64,000 nt of DNA from positions 5,604 to 69,603 of the forward strand of contig JAYPKL010000002.1 in the NCBI GenBank assembly GCA_038128845.1. Direction: 5' to 3'. The notes under the pieces were generated by a model. It had not been told where the DNA came from, ran no database searches, and saw only the letters and a list, made by a program, of their open reading frames with translations. Origin of the DNA: Candidatus Woesearchaeota archaeon. Its GTDB lineage: Archaea; Nanobdellota; Nanobdellia; UBA10117; ARS21. The stretch's first letter is position 1; each line of letters starts with the position of its first letter. The translations under genes were made by a program, and so were the position numbers. This document shows, one piece after another, positions 1 through 9,308 of this stretch.

Positions 1-837
1 CTGGCTTGGAAAAATGCTACAATATCTGGACACGTACAAGATCCAAATGGTAAAAAAATGTCTAAATCAATTGGAAATATAATTGAACCACAAAAAATGA
101 TAGATAAATTTAACGTTGATGCATTAAGATATTTTGCAGGATCTAAAAAATTAGGTGATGACGCACCATTCCAAGAAAAAGAATTAAAGACTGGGGTAAA
201 ATTAATTAATAAATTATGGAATACATGTAAATTTATTTATTCTGAAAATAAAATTCCTTCATCAAATAAAAATTTAGAAATAGAAGATAAATGGATAATG
301 TCCAGATTTGAAATTGCATATAAAAATTATATTAAAAACTTTGATAATTATGAATCAAAATTTGCACTAGAATCTATTGAACAATTTTTCTATAAAGATT
401 TTTGTGACTTTTATTTAGAAATGATAAAAGGAAGAATTTATTCAAATGATAAATCAAAAATCTCTGCGCTATATACTGCAAATTTAATTTTTCAAAATTC
501 ATTAAAATTATTTGCACCGTTTATTCCCTTTATTACAGAAGAATTATATTCAAAAATAAATAAATCCGAATCAATTCATTTAGAAAATATATCTAAACTT
601 AAAACAACTTCCTATACTGAAGAATTGAAATTGGGAGAATTGGCTAAAGAATATATTACAAAGATTAGAAAATTAAAACAAGATAATCAAATAAAACTAG
701 GAGAATATATTGAATCAATAACAATTTCCTCACATAAAACAAAAGATATTCAAAAAATATCTGAAATTTTATGTAGAACTGCTCGAGTAAATGAAATTAA
801 ACTAACTACTGGAAAAGAAAATTTATTTCTTAATTGA
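1..837 (+). CDS. valS: Valyl-tRNA synthetase, 3' part (truncated by window start)
   Basis: Frame is open from base 1 (GHVQDPNGKKMSKSIGN, KMSKS motif), followed by DALRY, KLWN, FCDFYLEMIK and LFAPFIPFITEEL of the class Ia anticodon-binding domain. Confidence 0.85.
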   Translation: MAWKNATISGHVQDPNGKKMSKSIGNIIEPQKMIDKFNVDALRYFAGSKKLGDDAPFQEKELKTGVKLINKLWNTCKFIYSENKIPSSNKNLEIEDKWIMSRFEIAYKNYIKNFDNYESKFALESIEQFFYKDFCDFYLEMIKGRIYSNDKSKISALYTANLIFQNSLKLFAPFIPFITEELYSKINKSESIHLENISKLKTTSYTEELKLGELAKEYITKIRKLKQDNQIKLGEYIESITISSHKTKDIQKISEILCRTARVNEIKLTTGKENLFLN

Positions 838-1395
838 TTTTTTTCCATGCTTTGAATAAAATAAAAAGTGAAATTTATGGTGTTTCTTATTTTTCTTTGT
901 TAAAGGATGTTCAAAAAATATAGCTGCTCTTATTATTCTAGGAAATTTAGTAATATTATTATAAATCGCTAGAATTCTACTTGATCTGCCGGATAACTCT
1001 GCTTCTTGTACAATTAATCTGGCTCCGGCAGTTACACCTTTAAACTCGTGTGCAGCTGTTTGAGTAACTTTAATTGATTCTTCAGCAGGTAAAACTTTTG
1101 TTATTAAATAAGCCTCTTCAAATAGTCTAAAAATTAACATGAAAGGAAATATGGCCAATATTTCTAACCAATAACTTTTGAAATAAGCTTTCTTATTAGT
1201 AGCTCTCCTATATTTGAATATTAAATCAAAACCTAAAACAAAAGTTATTAGAAAAAATTCAAAAAATATAATTAAATCTTCATAATAATACAATTCTTTG
1301 TTATAAAATAATGTTGCAATAAAATGTAAGATAATAAACGCCAAAGAATAAGGTACTAACTTATCTATAATAACTTCCAGCTTTATATGTTTCAT
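823..1395 (-). CDS. Membrane protein resembling an ion-channel voltage-sensor (S1-S4) domain, with no pore domain
   Basis: Hydrophobic helices with FDLIFKY..K..YFKSYWLEILAIFPF (S2-S3 signature) and an Arg/Lys-spaced C-terminal segment. Confidence 0.5.
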   Translation of the reverse strand: MKHIKLEVIIDKLVPYSLAFIILHFIATLFYNKELYYYEDLIIFFEFFLITFVLGFDLIFKYRRATNKKAYFKSYWLEILAIFPFMLIFRLFEEAYLITKVLPAEESIKVTQTAAHEFKGVTAGARLIVQEAELSGRSSRILAIYNNITKFPRIIRAAIFFEHPLTKKNKKHHKFHFLFYSKHGKKSIKK

Positions 1396-1467
1396 ATTAA
1401 TATAATTATTTTTTGTTTAAATTGTTTTTGAACAAAAGCCTTATAATTATTCTACCTAATTATTTTT

Positions 1468-2565
1468 ATGAACGAAAAAGAAAAATTTGAATTAAGTATA
1501 AAATTGAAGGAACTATCCGAATTCAAGGCAAGACATACGGAGCTAGTTTCTGTATATATTCCGGCAGATTTTGATATTCAGAAAGTTATTAATCAATTAT
1601 CTGAAGAACTGAGTTTAGCAAGAAATATTAAGTCATCTTCAACAAGAAAAAATGTTATGGATGCTCTTGAAAAAATGATAAGAGGTCTTAAAGATTTTAA
1701 TAAAACTCCCGAAAACGGACTTGCAGCTTTTGCAGGTAACGTTTCTGCAAGAGAAGGACATAGCGATGTTCAATTTTGGTCAATTATTCCTCCGGAAAAA
1801 ATGCAAATTCGGAAATATAGATGTGATCAAAAATTTTTACTTGAACCTCTTGAAGAGTACTTAGAAGATAGTGAATCTTATGGATTGGTTCTATTAGATA
1901 GAAGAGAGGCACAAGTTGCAGTACTAAAAGGTAAAACAATTAATACAATTTATACAGACACATCCGCAGTTCCAGGTAAATACAAGGCAGGTGGTCAATC
2001 TGCAGCAAGATTTGCAAGAGTTAGAGAAAATTTAGCAAGAGCCTTTTATCAAAAAGTTGCAGATGTAGTTAATAATGAGTTTTCAACATCTGCTATTGAC
2101 GTTAAAGGTATAATTATTGGTGGGCCTGGACCTTCAAAAGAAGAATTCTATAATGAAAATTTTTTAACACAAGAAATTAAGAAAAAAGTAATTACTGTTG
2201 TTGATATTGGCTATTCTGGTGATCAAGGTATTAATGAACTTCTTGAAAAATCTAGAGATATTCTTGCTAATGAAGCAATAATTAAAGAAAAGAAACAAAC
2301 AGAGAGATTTTTTAACATACTTGGAAAAACACCAAACTTAGCAACCTATGGAAAACATGTAGAAAAAGCCATGGAAATGGGTGCAGTAGATACATTACTA
2401 ATTTGTGACTATCATGAAAATGATGAAATTAAAAGACTGGGTAATCTATGTGAAAATCAAGGTGGTGAATGGATGATTATTGATTCAACATCAAGAGACG
2501 GTGAAACATTGAGAGGGTTGGGCGGAATTGGTGCAATTCTTCGATATAAACTAACTTTTAAATAA
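1468..2565 (+). CDS. prf1: Archaeal peptide chain release factor 1 (aRF1)
   Basis: NIKS, YRCD and GGQSAARF motifs; C-terminal GGIGAILRY. Confidence 0.97.
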   Translation: MNEKEKFELSIKLKELSEFKARHTELVSVYIPADFDIQKVINQLSEELSLARNIKSSSTRKNVMDALEKMIRGLKDFNKTPENGLAAFAGNVSAREGHSDVQFWSIIPPEKMQIRKYRCDQKFLLEPLEEYLEDSESYGLVLLDRREAQVAVLKGKTINTIYTDTSAVPGKYKAGGQSAARFARVRENLARAFYQKVADVVNNEFSTSAIDVKGIIIGGPGPSKEEFYNENFLTQEIKKKVITVVDIGYSGDQGINELLEKSRDILANEAIIKEKKQTERFFNILGKTPNLATYGKHVEKAMEMGAVDTLLICDYHENDEIKRLGNLCENQGGEWMIIDSTSRDGETLRGLGGIGAILRYKLTFK

Positions 2566-2582
2566 TAAATTATAACTTTTAT

Positions 2583-2762
2583 ATGATTTCAAAATCTAAG
2601 ATAGAAAATTATCTTCCAAACAAAGATATAAGGATTTCAAAAGAGTATATTGATAAATTAAATGATGAAATTAAAGAAATAATAGTTGAAAAATTAAATA
2701 ATTCATATAAATATGCTAAATATAACGGAAGAATAACTCTAAAAAAAGAAGATTTGAAATAA
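2583..2762 (+). CDS. Archaeal histone-fold protein, 59 aa (not in ORF track)
   Basis: MISKSKIENYLPNKDIRISKEYIDKLNDEIKEIIVEKLNNSYKYAKYNGRITLKKEDLK: L1 'RIS' and L2 'AKxxGRxTLKKED' histone-fold motifs. Confidence 0.8.
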   Translation: MISKSKIENYLPNKDIRISKEYIDKLNDEIKEIIVEKLNNSYKYAKYNGRITLKKEDLK

Positions 2763-2798
2763 GATAAACCTTTTAAATCTCTCTTTCTATCAATTTTT

Positions 2799-3194
2799 AT
2801 GTCAGACGTTTCTATGAGCGAAATAGGTAAAATGAAAGTAGGTCGATATATTGTTCTTGACGGACAACCGTGTCAAATTACTTCGATGCAAAAATCAGCA
2901 CCAGGTAAGCATGGTCATGCAAAATATCGAGTAGATGCTAAAAATATATTTACTGGAAATAAATCTAATGTAGTTATGACTGCACATTCTCATGTTGAAG
3001 TTCCAAATTTAAAGAAACAAAATGCACAAGTATTATCGGTAACAGATAACATGGCTCAAATAATGGATATGGAAACATATGAAACATTCGATATTGAAAT
3101 ACCCGAAGAATTAGAAGGTCAAGTTGCTTCTGGCAATGTTGTAATGTACTGGGAAATAATGGGAAAAAGAGTCCTTAAACAAATTGTATCATGA
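2799..3194 (+). CDS. eif5a: Translation factor aIF5A
   Basis: Hypusine-site motif SAPGKHGHAK; AQIMDMETYETF. Confidence 0.97.
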   Translation: MSDVSMSEIGKMKVGRYIVLDGQPCQITSMQKSAPGKHGHAKYRVDAKNIFTGNKSNVVMTAHSHVEVPNLKKQNAQVLSVTDNMAQIMDMETYETFDIEIPEELEGQVASGNVVMYWEIMGKRVLKQIVS

Positions 3195-3364
3195 AAATAA
3201 AAGAAGCTGAAGTCAGATTATTTAATAGAGTATTTATTTGCCGTAAATGTAATGCTAAAGTTAGGTCTAGTCCTAACAGAATTAAAGAAAAACTTATTGT
3301 TTGTCCAAAATGCCAAAGCAGAGCATTTAGAGCAAAAGTTAAAGAAAAGAGAGTTGCTAAGTAA
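3191..3364 (+). CDS. rpl40e: 50S ribosomal protein L40e, 57 aa (not in ORF track)
   Basis: MKIKEAEVRLFNRVFICRKCNAK...CPKCQSRAFRAK: two CxxC pairs and the L40e pattern; ATGA overlap with aIF5A. Confidence 0.85.
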   Translation: MKIKEAEVRLFNRVFICRKCNAKVRSSPNRIKEKLIVCPKCQSRAFRAKVKEKRVAK

Positions 3365-3402
3365 ATACTTAAACTTTTTAAATTAAATTGGGGAACTATT
3401 AT

Positions 3403-4602
3403 ATGCTTCCTGAAATGAATATTGGATTAATTGGTCATGTAGATCATGGTAAAACTACTTTAACTTCTGCATTATCAGGAAAATGGACTGATACTCATTC
3501 TGAAGAACTTAAAAGGGGAATTACAATAAAATTAGGATATGCTGATATATCAATATATTCCGATGGTAAAACTTTTACAACACAAGAAAAAAATAAGTCT
3601 GGTAAAAAAAATAAATTAATAAGAAAAATATCTTTAATTGACGCTCCCGGACATGAAACTTTGATGGCAGTAATGATGTCAGGTGCAGCAATTATGAATG
3701 GTGCAATACTCATGGTTGCAGCAAATGAAGAATGTCCTCAACCTCAAACTGTTGAACATCTTACAGTTCTAAAAATACTTGGAATAAAAAATATAATCGT
3801 AGTACAAAATAAAGTTGATTTAGTTTCAGAAAAAGATGCTTTAAAAAATTATAATCAAATTAAATCGTTTGTTAAAAAAACACTTGGATTTGAAGTTCCA
3901 ATAATTCCTCTTAGTGCTCAGAGAAATGTTAATATAGACATATTACTGGAAGCAATTGAAAACTTTTTACCAACACCAAAAACACTTGAAAAGGAAGAAT
4001 TAAAGTTTACAATTGCTCGTTCATTTGATATAAATAAACCGGGAACAGAAATTCAAAAAATGACTGGAGGTATACTTGGTGGAACAATTAATTCTGGTAA
4101 ACTAAAGATAAATCAAGAAATATTAATCTCTCCTGGTCTAAAGGAGGATAATAAAGGAGTAATTTCATGGAAACCAATAAAAACAAAAATAACAAACATT
4201 GTATCTGGAAGCGAATCTGTTAAAGAGAAGGGTCCAGGAGGATCTATTGCAATTGAAACTGAACTTGATCCAAGTTTATCAAAAACAGATAGTTTAGTTG
4301 GTAATATTGTTACAACAGTAAGTCAAGCTCCAAAAATTTTAAGAGACTTGAACTTGAAAACAAATTTATTTGAAAATGTTCTTGGAACAAAAGAATCAAT
4401 AAAAATAAAACCGATTCAACCCAAAGAAATATTAGTTATTACTTCCGGAACTGCAACAACATGGGGTGTATGTTCCGTTACAAAAAAAGGAGTTTCTATA
4501 AACTTGAAAAAAGATATTGCTGCAGACAAGGGTGATGTTGTATCTATCTCAAGAAAATTTGGCGCAAGATGGCATCTTATTGGATATGGAGAAATTTTAT
4601 AA
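3403..4602 (+). CDS. eif2g: Translation initiation factor aIF2 subunit gamma
   Basis: GHVDHGKT, RGITIKLGY, DAPGHE, QNKVD and RWHLIGYG; likely start is ATG 3403 rather than TTG 3388. Confidence 0.96.
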   Translation: MLPEMNIGLIGHVDHGKTTLTSALSGKWTDTHSEELKRGITIKLGYADISIYSDGKTFTTQEKNKSGKKNKLIRKISLIDAPGHETLMAVMMSGAAIMNGAILMVAANEECPQPQTVEHLTVLKILGIKNIIVVQNKVDLVSEKDALKNYNQIKSFVKKTLGFEVPIIPLSAQRNVNIDILLEAIENFLPTPKTLEKEELKFTIARSFDINKPGTEIQKMTGGILGGTINSGKLKINQEILISPGLKEDNKGVISWKPIKTKITNIVSGSESVKEKGPGGSIAIETELDPSLSKTDSLVGNIVTTVSQAPKILRDLNLKTNLFENVLGTKESIKIKPIQPKEILVITSGTATTWGVCSVTKKGVSINLKKDIAADKGDVVSISRKFGARWHLIGYGEIL

Positions 4603-4623
4603 GTTAATAGTATTATTATAATT

Positions 4624-4992
4624 ATGAAAATTAAAAAAAATCACTTAAAAATTATTTTTATTATATTTCTTCTAACTTGTTCATTATTATATTTTACTAC
4701 CAAAGAAGATCCATATAAAACTTCACTAGCACAATATATGACAGAAAATAATGATGAAATGTACGGTGCCTTCTGGTGTGGAGCTTGTGCAAAACAAAAA
4801 GAAATCTTTGGTAATTCATTTAAACATATAAATTACATTGAATGTGATGAGCGAGGGAAAGATGCTCAACCTGAAAAGTGTAAAATAAATAATGTAGAGG
4901 CGTATCCTACTTGGATTATTAATGGTGAAAAAATTGTGGGTGTAAAAACAATAGAAGAATTAGCATCTTTATCAGGCTTTAATGAAAATTAA
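4624..4992 (+). CDS. Membrane-anchored thioredoxin-like protein (VKOR-associated Trx type)
   Basis: N-terminal TM helix, MYGAFWCGAC, YIEC...C and the YPTW cis-Pro loop. Confidence 0.8.
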   Translation: MKIKKNHLKIIFIIFLLTCSLLYFTTKEDPYKTSLAQYMTENNDEMYGAFWCGACAKQKEIFGNSFKHINYIECDERGKDAQPEKCKINNVEAYPTWIINGEKIVGVKTIEELASLSGFNEN

Positions 4993-5692
4993 AACAATTG
5001 GTATTTCCACAGCAAAGTATAGAATTTTTAATTCCGGAGCAGAAAAAGCACCATATATGATAAGAGATTTGATTAACGGATCTTTTGAAATATATAATTT
5101 TGAAGAAGAAAAATCTCAAATACAAATAAATAATAAAATAACTAAAATATACAAAAAATATCTAAATGAAAATATATTAACAATTGGAGGAGATCATTCT
5201 ATAACATATCCGATACTTAGAAGTCAAGAAAAAAAATTCGATGTATTTTGGTTTGATGCTCATCCGGATACATATGATAATTATAAAGGAAAATACAGTC
5301 ATGCAACAGTATTGAAAAGAGTTTCCGAATTACCAAATTGTAATAAAGTTTACTTAATTGGACACAGAGTTGAAGAAAAACCTGAAAAAATATTTTTAGA
5401 TGAAAGTAAAAAAGTTATTAGAACTGATTATAAAAACCTAAATAAAATTAAATCAGATAATTATTATATCTCTCTGGATTTAGATGTTTTAGATCCTTCT
5501 GTTATGCCTTCAGTTGATCACGCATTACCCAACGGAATGAGTTATGAAGATTTAATTAAATCATTAGATATACTAATTAAACCATCTTTATTTGGTATGG
5601 ATGTTGTAGAATTTGTACCGGATAATGACTCAACTGGAAAAAGTGAAAAAATTATAAAAAAACTTTTTAGTTACCTTAATAAAAAATTATGA
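4982..5692 (+). CDS. Arginase/agmatinase family ureohydrolase
   Basis: GGDHS, DAHPD and SLDLDVLDP metal-binding motifs; DVVE. Confidence 0.9.
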   Translation: MKIKTIGISTAKYRIFNSGAEKAPYMIRDLINGSFEIYNFEEEKSQIQINNKITKIYKKYLNENILTIGGDHSITYPILRSQEKKFDVFWFDAHPDTYDNYKGKYSHATVLKRVSELPNCNKVYLIGHRVEEKPEKIFLDESKKVIRTDYKNLNKIKSDNYYISLDLDVLDPSVMPSVDHALPNGMSYEDLIKSLDILIKPSLFGMDVVEFVPDNDSTGKSEKIIKKLFSYLNKKL

Positions 5693-6330
5693 ATATAATT
5701 CATATGAAAAAAGCTCTAATAACGGGTGGAAGTTCAGGATTAGGTTATGAATTAGTAAAAATACTAAATTCAGAATATAATTTTACGAATATTTCTAGAA
5801 CTAATTGCGATATTGCCGAACAAAACATATTATTGGATTTGAGTAATTCTAAAAAATTAGATACATTATTGGAAGAAATAGATTATGGTTATGATTTAGT
5901 TGTACTAAATGCAGGAGTATTACATTGGAAAAAACTGGGTGATTTTTCAAATAAAGAAATATTAGATGATTTTAATATAAATATAATAAGTCAAATAAAA
6001 ATTCTAAATAAAATAATAAAAAAATTAGAAAAAAAAGAAGCAACTATTATAATAGTTGGATCTGTTGCATCTTTCTATCCAATCCATGAAAAAGGTTCTG
6101 TTTATATCTCAACAAAGTCTGGAGTTAGAAGTTTAATTGATTCTATAATAAAAGATCATCCTAAAATTAGAACAATCGGAGTTCATCCTCGAGGTTTTAC
6201 ATCTTCTTTGCATAAAAAAAGTGGAACGAAAAGAAAAAATAAAAATAGACCATCTTCAAAAAATATTGCAGAAAAAATTATTGATATTCTAAAAAATAGT
6301 AATGATAATACCAACATTATATTGGATTAA
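5689..6330 (+). CDS. Short-chain dehydrogenase/reductase
   Basis: TGGSSGLG, NAG and YxxxK (YISTK). Confidence 0.9.
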   Translation: MNIIHMKKALITGGSSGLGYELVKILNSEYNFTNISRTNCDIAEQNILLDLSNSKKLDTLLEEIDYGYDLVVLNAGVLHWKKLGDFSNKEILDDFNINIISQIKILNKIIKKLEKKEATIIIVGSVASFYPIHEKGSVYISTKSGVRSLIDSIIKDHPKIRTIGVHPRGFTSSLHKKSGTKRKNKNRPSSKNIAEKIIDILKNSNDNTNIILD

Positions 6331-6359
6331 TATTATATACTATAGAATACATAAAAATT

Positions 6360-7661
6360 ATGGCAATAAATACTCTGATTATGGGTGCAGCCGGAAGAGA
6401 TTTTCATAATTTTTTAACATACTTCAAAAACAATAAAATGTATAATGTAAAATGTTTTACTGCAAATCAAATACCAGGTATATCTGGTAAAAAATTTCCC
6501 AAAGAATTATCCGGATCATTATATAAAACTGGAATTAGTATTTATGATGAAAAAGATTTACCTAAATTAATAATATCAAAAAAAATTGAATTATGTGTTT
6601 TATCATATTCGGATCTTTCTAATTCTGAAGTAATGAATAAAGTTGCATATATTCAAAGTCTTGGATGTGATTTTATGCTATTAGGTCCAAATTCAACTCA
6701 AATTAAATCCAAGAGACCAATAATATCGGTTACTGCAGTAAGGACGGGATGTGGAAAATCTCAAGTAACAAGTCATATTTCAAAATTACTTCAAGACAAA
6801 AAAATAAAACATTCCATTATACGACACCCTATGCCTTACGGAATATTAAAAAATCAAATATACCAAAAATTTGAAAATTTATCTGATCTTAATAAATATG
6901 AATTAACAATAGAAGAAAGAGAAGAATTTGAAAAGCATTTAGAAAATGGAGCCATAGTTTATTGTGGAATTGATTATGATAAAATAATTAAAGATGCGGA
7001 AAAAAATTCTTCTATAATCATCTGGGACGGTGGCAATAATGATTTTGAATTTTATAAATCTGATTTAAAAATAGTTGTTTTAGATCCTTTGAGAGAAAAT
7101 AATGAATTAAACTATTATCCGGGACTAACGAATTTGATAAGAGCAGATATAGCCATAATAAATAAAATAAATAGTTCAAATAAAAAACAAATTAATAATT
7201 GTATAAATAATATTAAAAAAAATAATAAAAATTGTAAAATTATTTTAACAGAGTCAATTTATGAACTTCCAAAAACTAATAAAAAAAATATACTTGTTAT
7301 TGAAGATGGTCCTACTACAACTCACGGTAATATGAATTATGGTGTTGCATTTTTAGCAGCAAAAAAATTAAATAAAAAAATAATAAATCCAAAAAAATTT
7401 GCTACCGGATATTACAAAGAAGTTTATAAAAAATATAATAATTTAGAAAATATAATTCCTGCAATAGGTTATAGTAAAAATCAAATTATAGATCTTAAGA
7501 ATATTATTAATAAAATAAAACCGGAAGCAATATTTTCTGGATCTCCAATAAACATTAAAAAATTATTAAATTTAAATTATGAAGTTTTTGATATAAATTA
7601 TAAAATAAGAGATAAAAACAACTTAATTAAAAAAAATATTTATTCTTTTATTCGACGATAA
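6360..7661 (+). CDS. arcE: Arginine synthetase ArcE-like / cyclic 2,3-diphosphoglycerate synthetase-family P-loop protein
   Basis: MGAAGRDFHNF, TAVRTGCGKS, RHPMPYG, TIEEREE, WDGGNND and EDGPTTTHG. Confidence 0.7.
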   Translation: MAINTLIMGAAGRDFHNFLTYFKNNKMYNVKCFTANQIPGISGKKFPKELSGSLYKTGISIYDEKDLPKLIISKKIELCVLSYSDLSNSEVMNKVAYIQSLGCDFMLLGPNSTQIKSKRPIISVTAVRTGCGKSQVTSHISKLLQDKKIKHSIIRHPMPYGILKNQIYQKFENLSDLNKYELTIEEREEFEKHLENGAIVYCGIDYDKIIKDAEKNSSIIIWDGGNNDFEFYKSDLKIVVLDPLRENNELNYYPGLTNLIRADIAIINKINSSNKKQINNCINNIKKNNKNCKIILTESIYELPKTNKKNILVIEDGPTTTHGNMNYGVAFLAAKKLNKKIINPKKFATGYYKEVYKKYNNLENIIPAIGYSKNQIIDLKNIINKIKPEAIFSGSPINIKKLLNLNYEVFDINYKIRDKNNLIKKNIYSFIRR

Positions 7662-8098
7662 GAAGGTCTATCTGAATTTATTTGTGGAAAAATCTTTATT
7701 TCGTTTATAAAATTATTATTTTCTATTCTGCTAAGTAATTTTTCTAAATGACTTTCTCCTTCAATTGATAACTCATTTTCTCCCTTTATAAATTCTGCAG
7801 TATAGTTGTTAATTTCTGAATCTAAATTTGGACGAATAATAACTTTTCCTAAAAGTTCTTTCTCCATATCCAGAGATTCGTATAATCTTGAACTCCATTC
7901 TGAAAAATATTTAGAAATTAAATTATTACCATTTGGATTATAGAATACATTAGCCTCAGTAAATTGTTCATTTGAACGAGGTGGTTTTCCAGATATAATT
8001 GGTTTAACTTCAAATTTAAATCCTTTAATTAAACTTCTCCAAATTTTACTTTGAGTTTTATCTCCAATTTGGTGTAATTGATATGCTGTTAATGACAT
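7640..8098 (-). CDS. Hypothetical protein
   Basis: 152-aa ORF with normal composition; no recognisable motif. Confidence 0.6.
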   Translation of the reverse strand: MSLTAYQLHQIGDKTQSKIWRSLIKGFKFEVKPIISGKPPRSNEQFTEANVFYNPNGNNLISKYFSEWSSRLYESLDMEKELLGKVIIRPNLDSEINNYTAEFIKGENELSIEGESHLEKLLSRIENNNFINEIKIFPQINSDRPSYRRIKE

Positions 8099-8134
8099 CT
8101 TATTTTCTATACAAAAATATTTTTAAAACTTATT

Positions 8135-9280
8135 TTATGTATTTTTTTTAATACGATCTAATGCTTTTACAATATTATCTTTGGATGTTGCATAACTCAT
8201 TCTAATATGATTTTCTCCTGATTTTCCAAATTCTGTTCCAGGAATAGTTACAATTTTTTTATTTTTTAGTAAATTATCAGAGAATTTTTTAGAATTTGAT
8301 CTTATATTTGGAAAAACATAAAATGCACCTTGTGGCATTAAAGTCTTGTAACCAATTTTATTTAAACCATTAGTAATCAAGTTTCTTCTTCTATTATATT
8401 CAATTAACATTTTTTTTGTATATGCTCTTCCATAATCTAATGCATATTCTGCCATATATTGTGAAATAGTTGGTGCAGAAATTGTTGTGTTAATATGCGT
8501 TTCAGTCATCTCTTTAATTATATTACTTGGTCCAACTGCATAACCCACTCTAAAGCCGCACATTGCATGAGATTTGGAAAAAGATCTAAGAGTAATGGCA
8601 TGTTGTTTCATCCCATTTAATTTAGCAAATGAATTAAATTTGTTATTATCATATATAAGATCCACATAACATTCATCTGACATAACGAATAAATTATTTT
8701 CAACAACTAAGTCAGATAACTCTTCTAACATTTTTTTTGAGTAAATCATTCCAGTGGGGTTAGAAGGATTACATAAAATTATACCTTTGGTTCTCTTTGT
8801 TATAGTTTTTCTTATATCTTCCACATTTAAGTCAAAATTATTTTCCATTTTTGATCCCACTTCTTTTACTTTTCCATTCAAGAATTGTATAGTTGGTATA
8901 TATCCCATGTAACTTGGAGTGGGTAAAATTACTTCATCGTTAGGATCTATTGTTGAAATCAAACCCAACATTAGCGCTTCTTGTGATCCCGATGTAACAA
9001 CAACATTATTTGTATTATAATTCAAATTGTAGTTTTTTGATAGATCTTCAACAATCTTTTTTTTCAAACTTTCTCTACCACCGGGTGGAGAATAATGAGT
9101 CGAGTAACCTTTTGATAATAATTTGCTTCCGTAATCTAAAATTCTTTTACTTGTTTTGAAGTCGGGTTCACCTGGACCTAAAGAAATAACACTTTTATCT
9201 TCTACTGATCTTTTAAGATAAGATCCTACTATACCATGACGCATATTCTTTTCACGTTTTGAAAGTATAATCTTACTCAT
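8135..9280 (-). CDS. Class I/II PLP-dependent aminotransferase (AspC-like)
   Basis: GEPDF, NPSNPTG, SDECY, SFSKSHAMCGFRVG (PLP lysine) and IRMSY. Confidence 0.93.
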   Translation of the reverse strand: MSKIILSKREKNMRHGIVGSYLKRSVEDKSVISLGPGEPDFKTSKRILDYGSKLLSKGYSTHYSPPGGRESLKKKIVEDLSKNYNLNYNTNNVVVTSGSQEALMLGLISTIDPNDEVILPTPSYMGYIPTIQFLNGKVKEVGSKMENNFDLNVEDIRKTITKRTKGIILCNPSNPTGMIYSKKMLEELSDLVVENNLFVMSDECYVDLIYDNNKFNSFAKLNGMKQHAITLRSFSKSHAMCGFRVGYAVGPSNIIKEMTETHINTTISAPTISQYMAEYALDYGRAYTKKMLIEYNRRRNLITNGLNKIGYKTLMPQGAFYVFPNIRSNSKKFSDNLLKNKKIVTIPGTEFGKSGENHIRMSYATSKDNIVKALDRIKKNT

Positions 9281-9308
9281 AATAGAATTATAGTTTGTAA
9301 TATATAAG

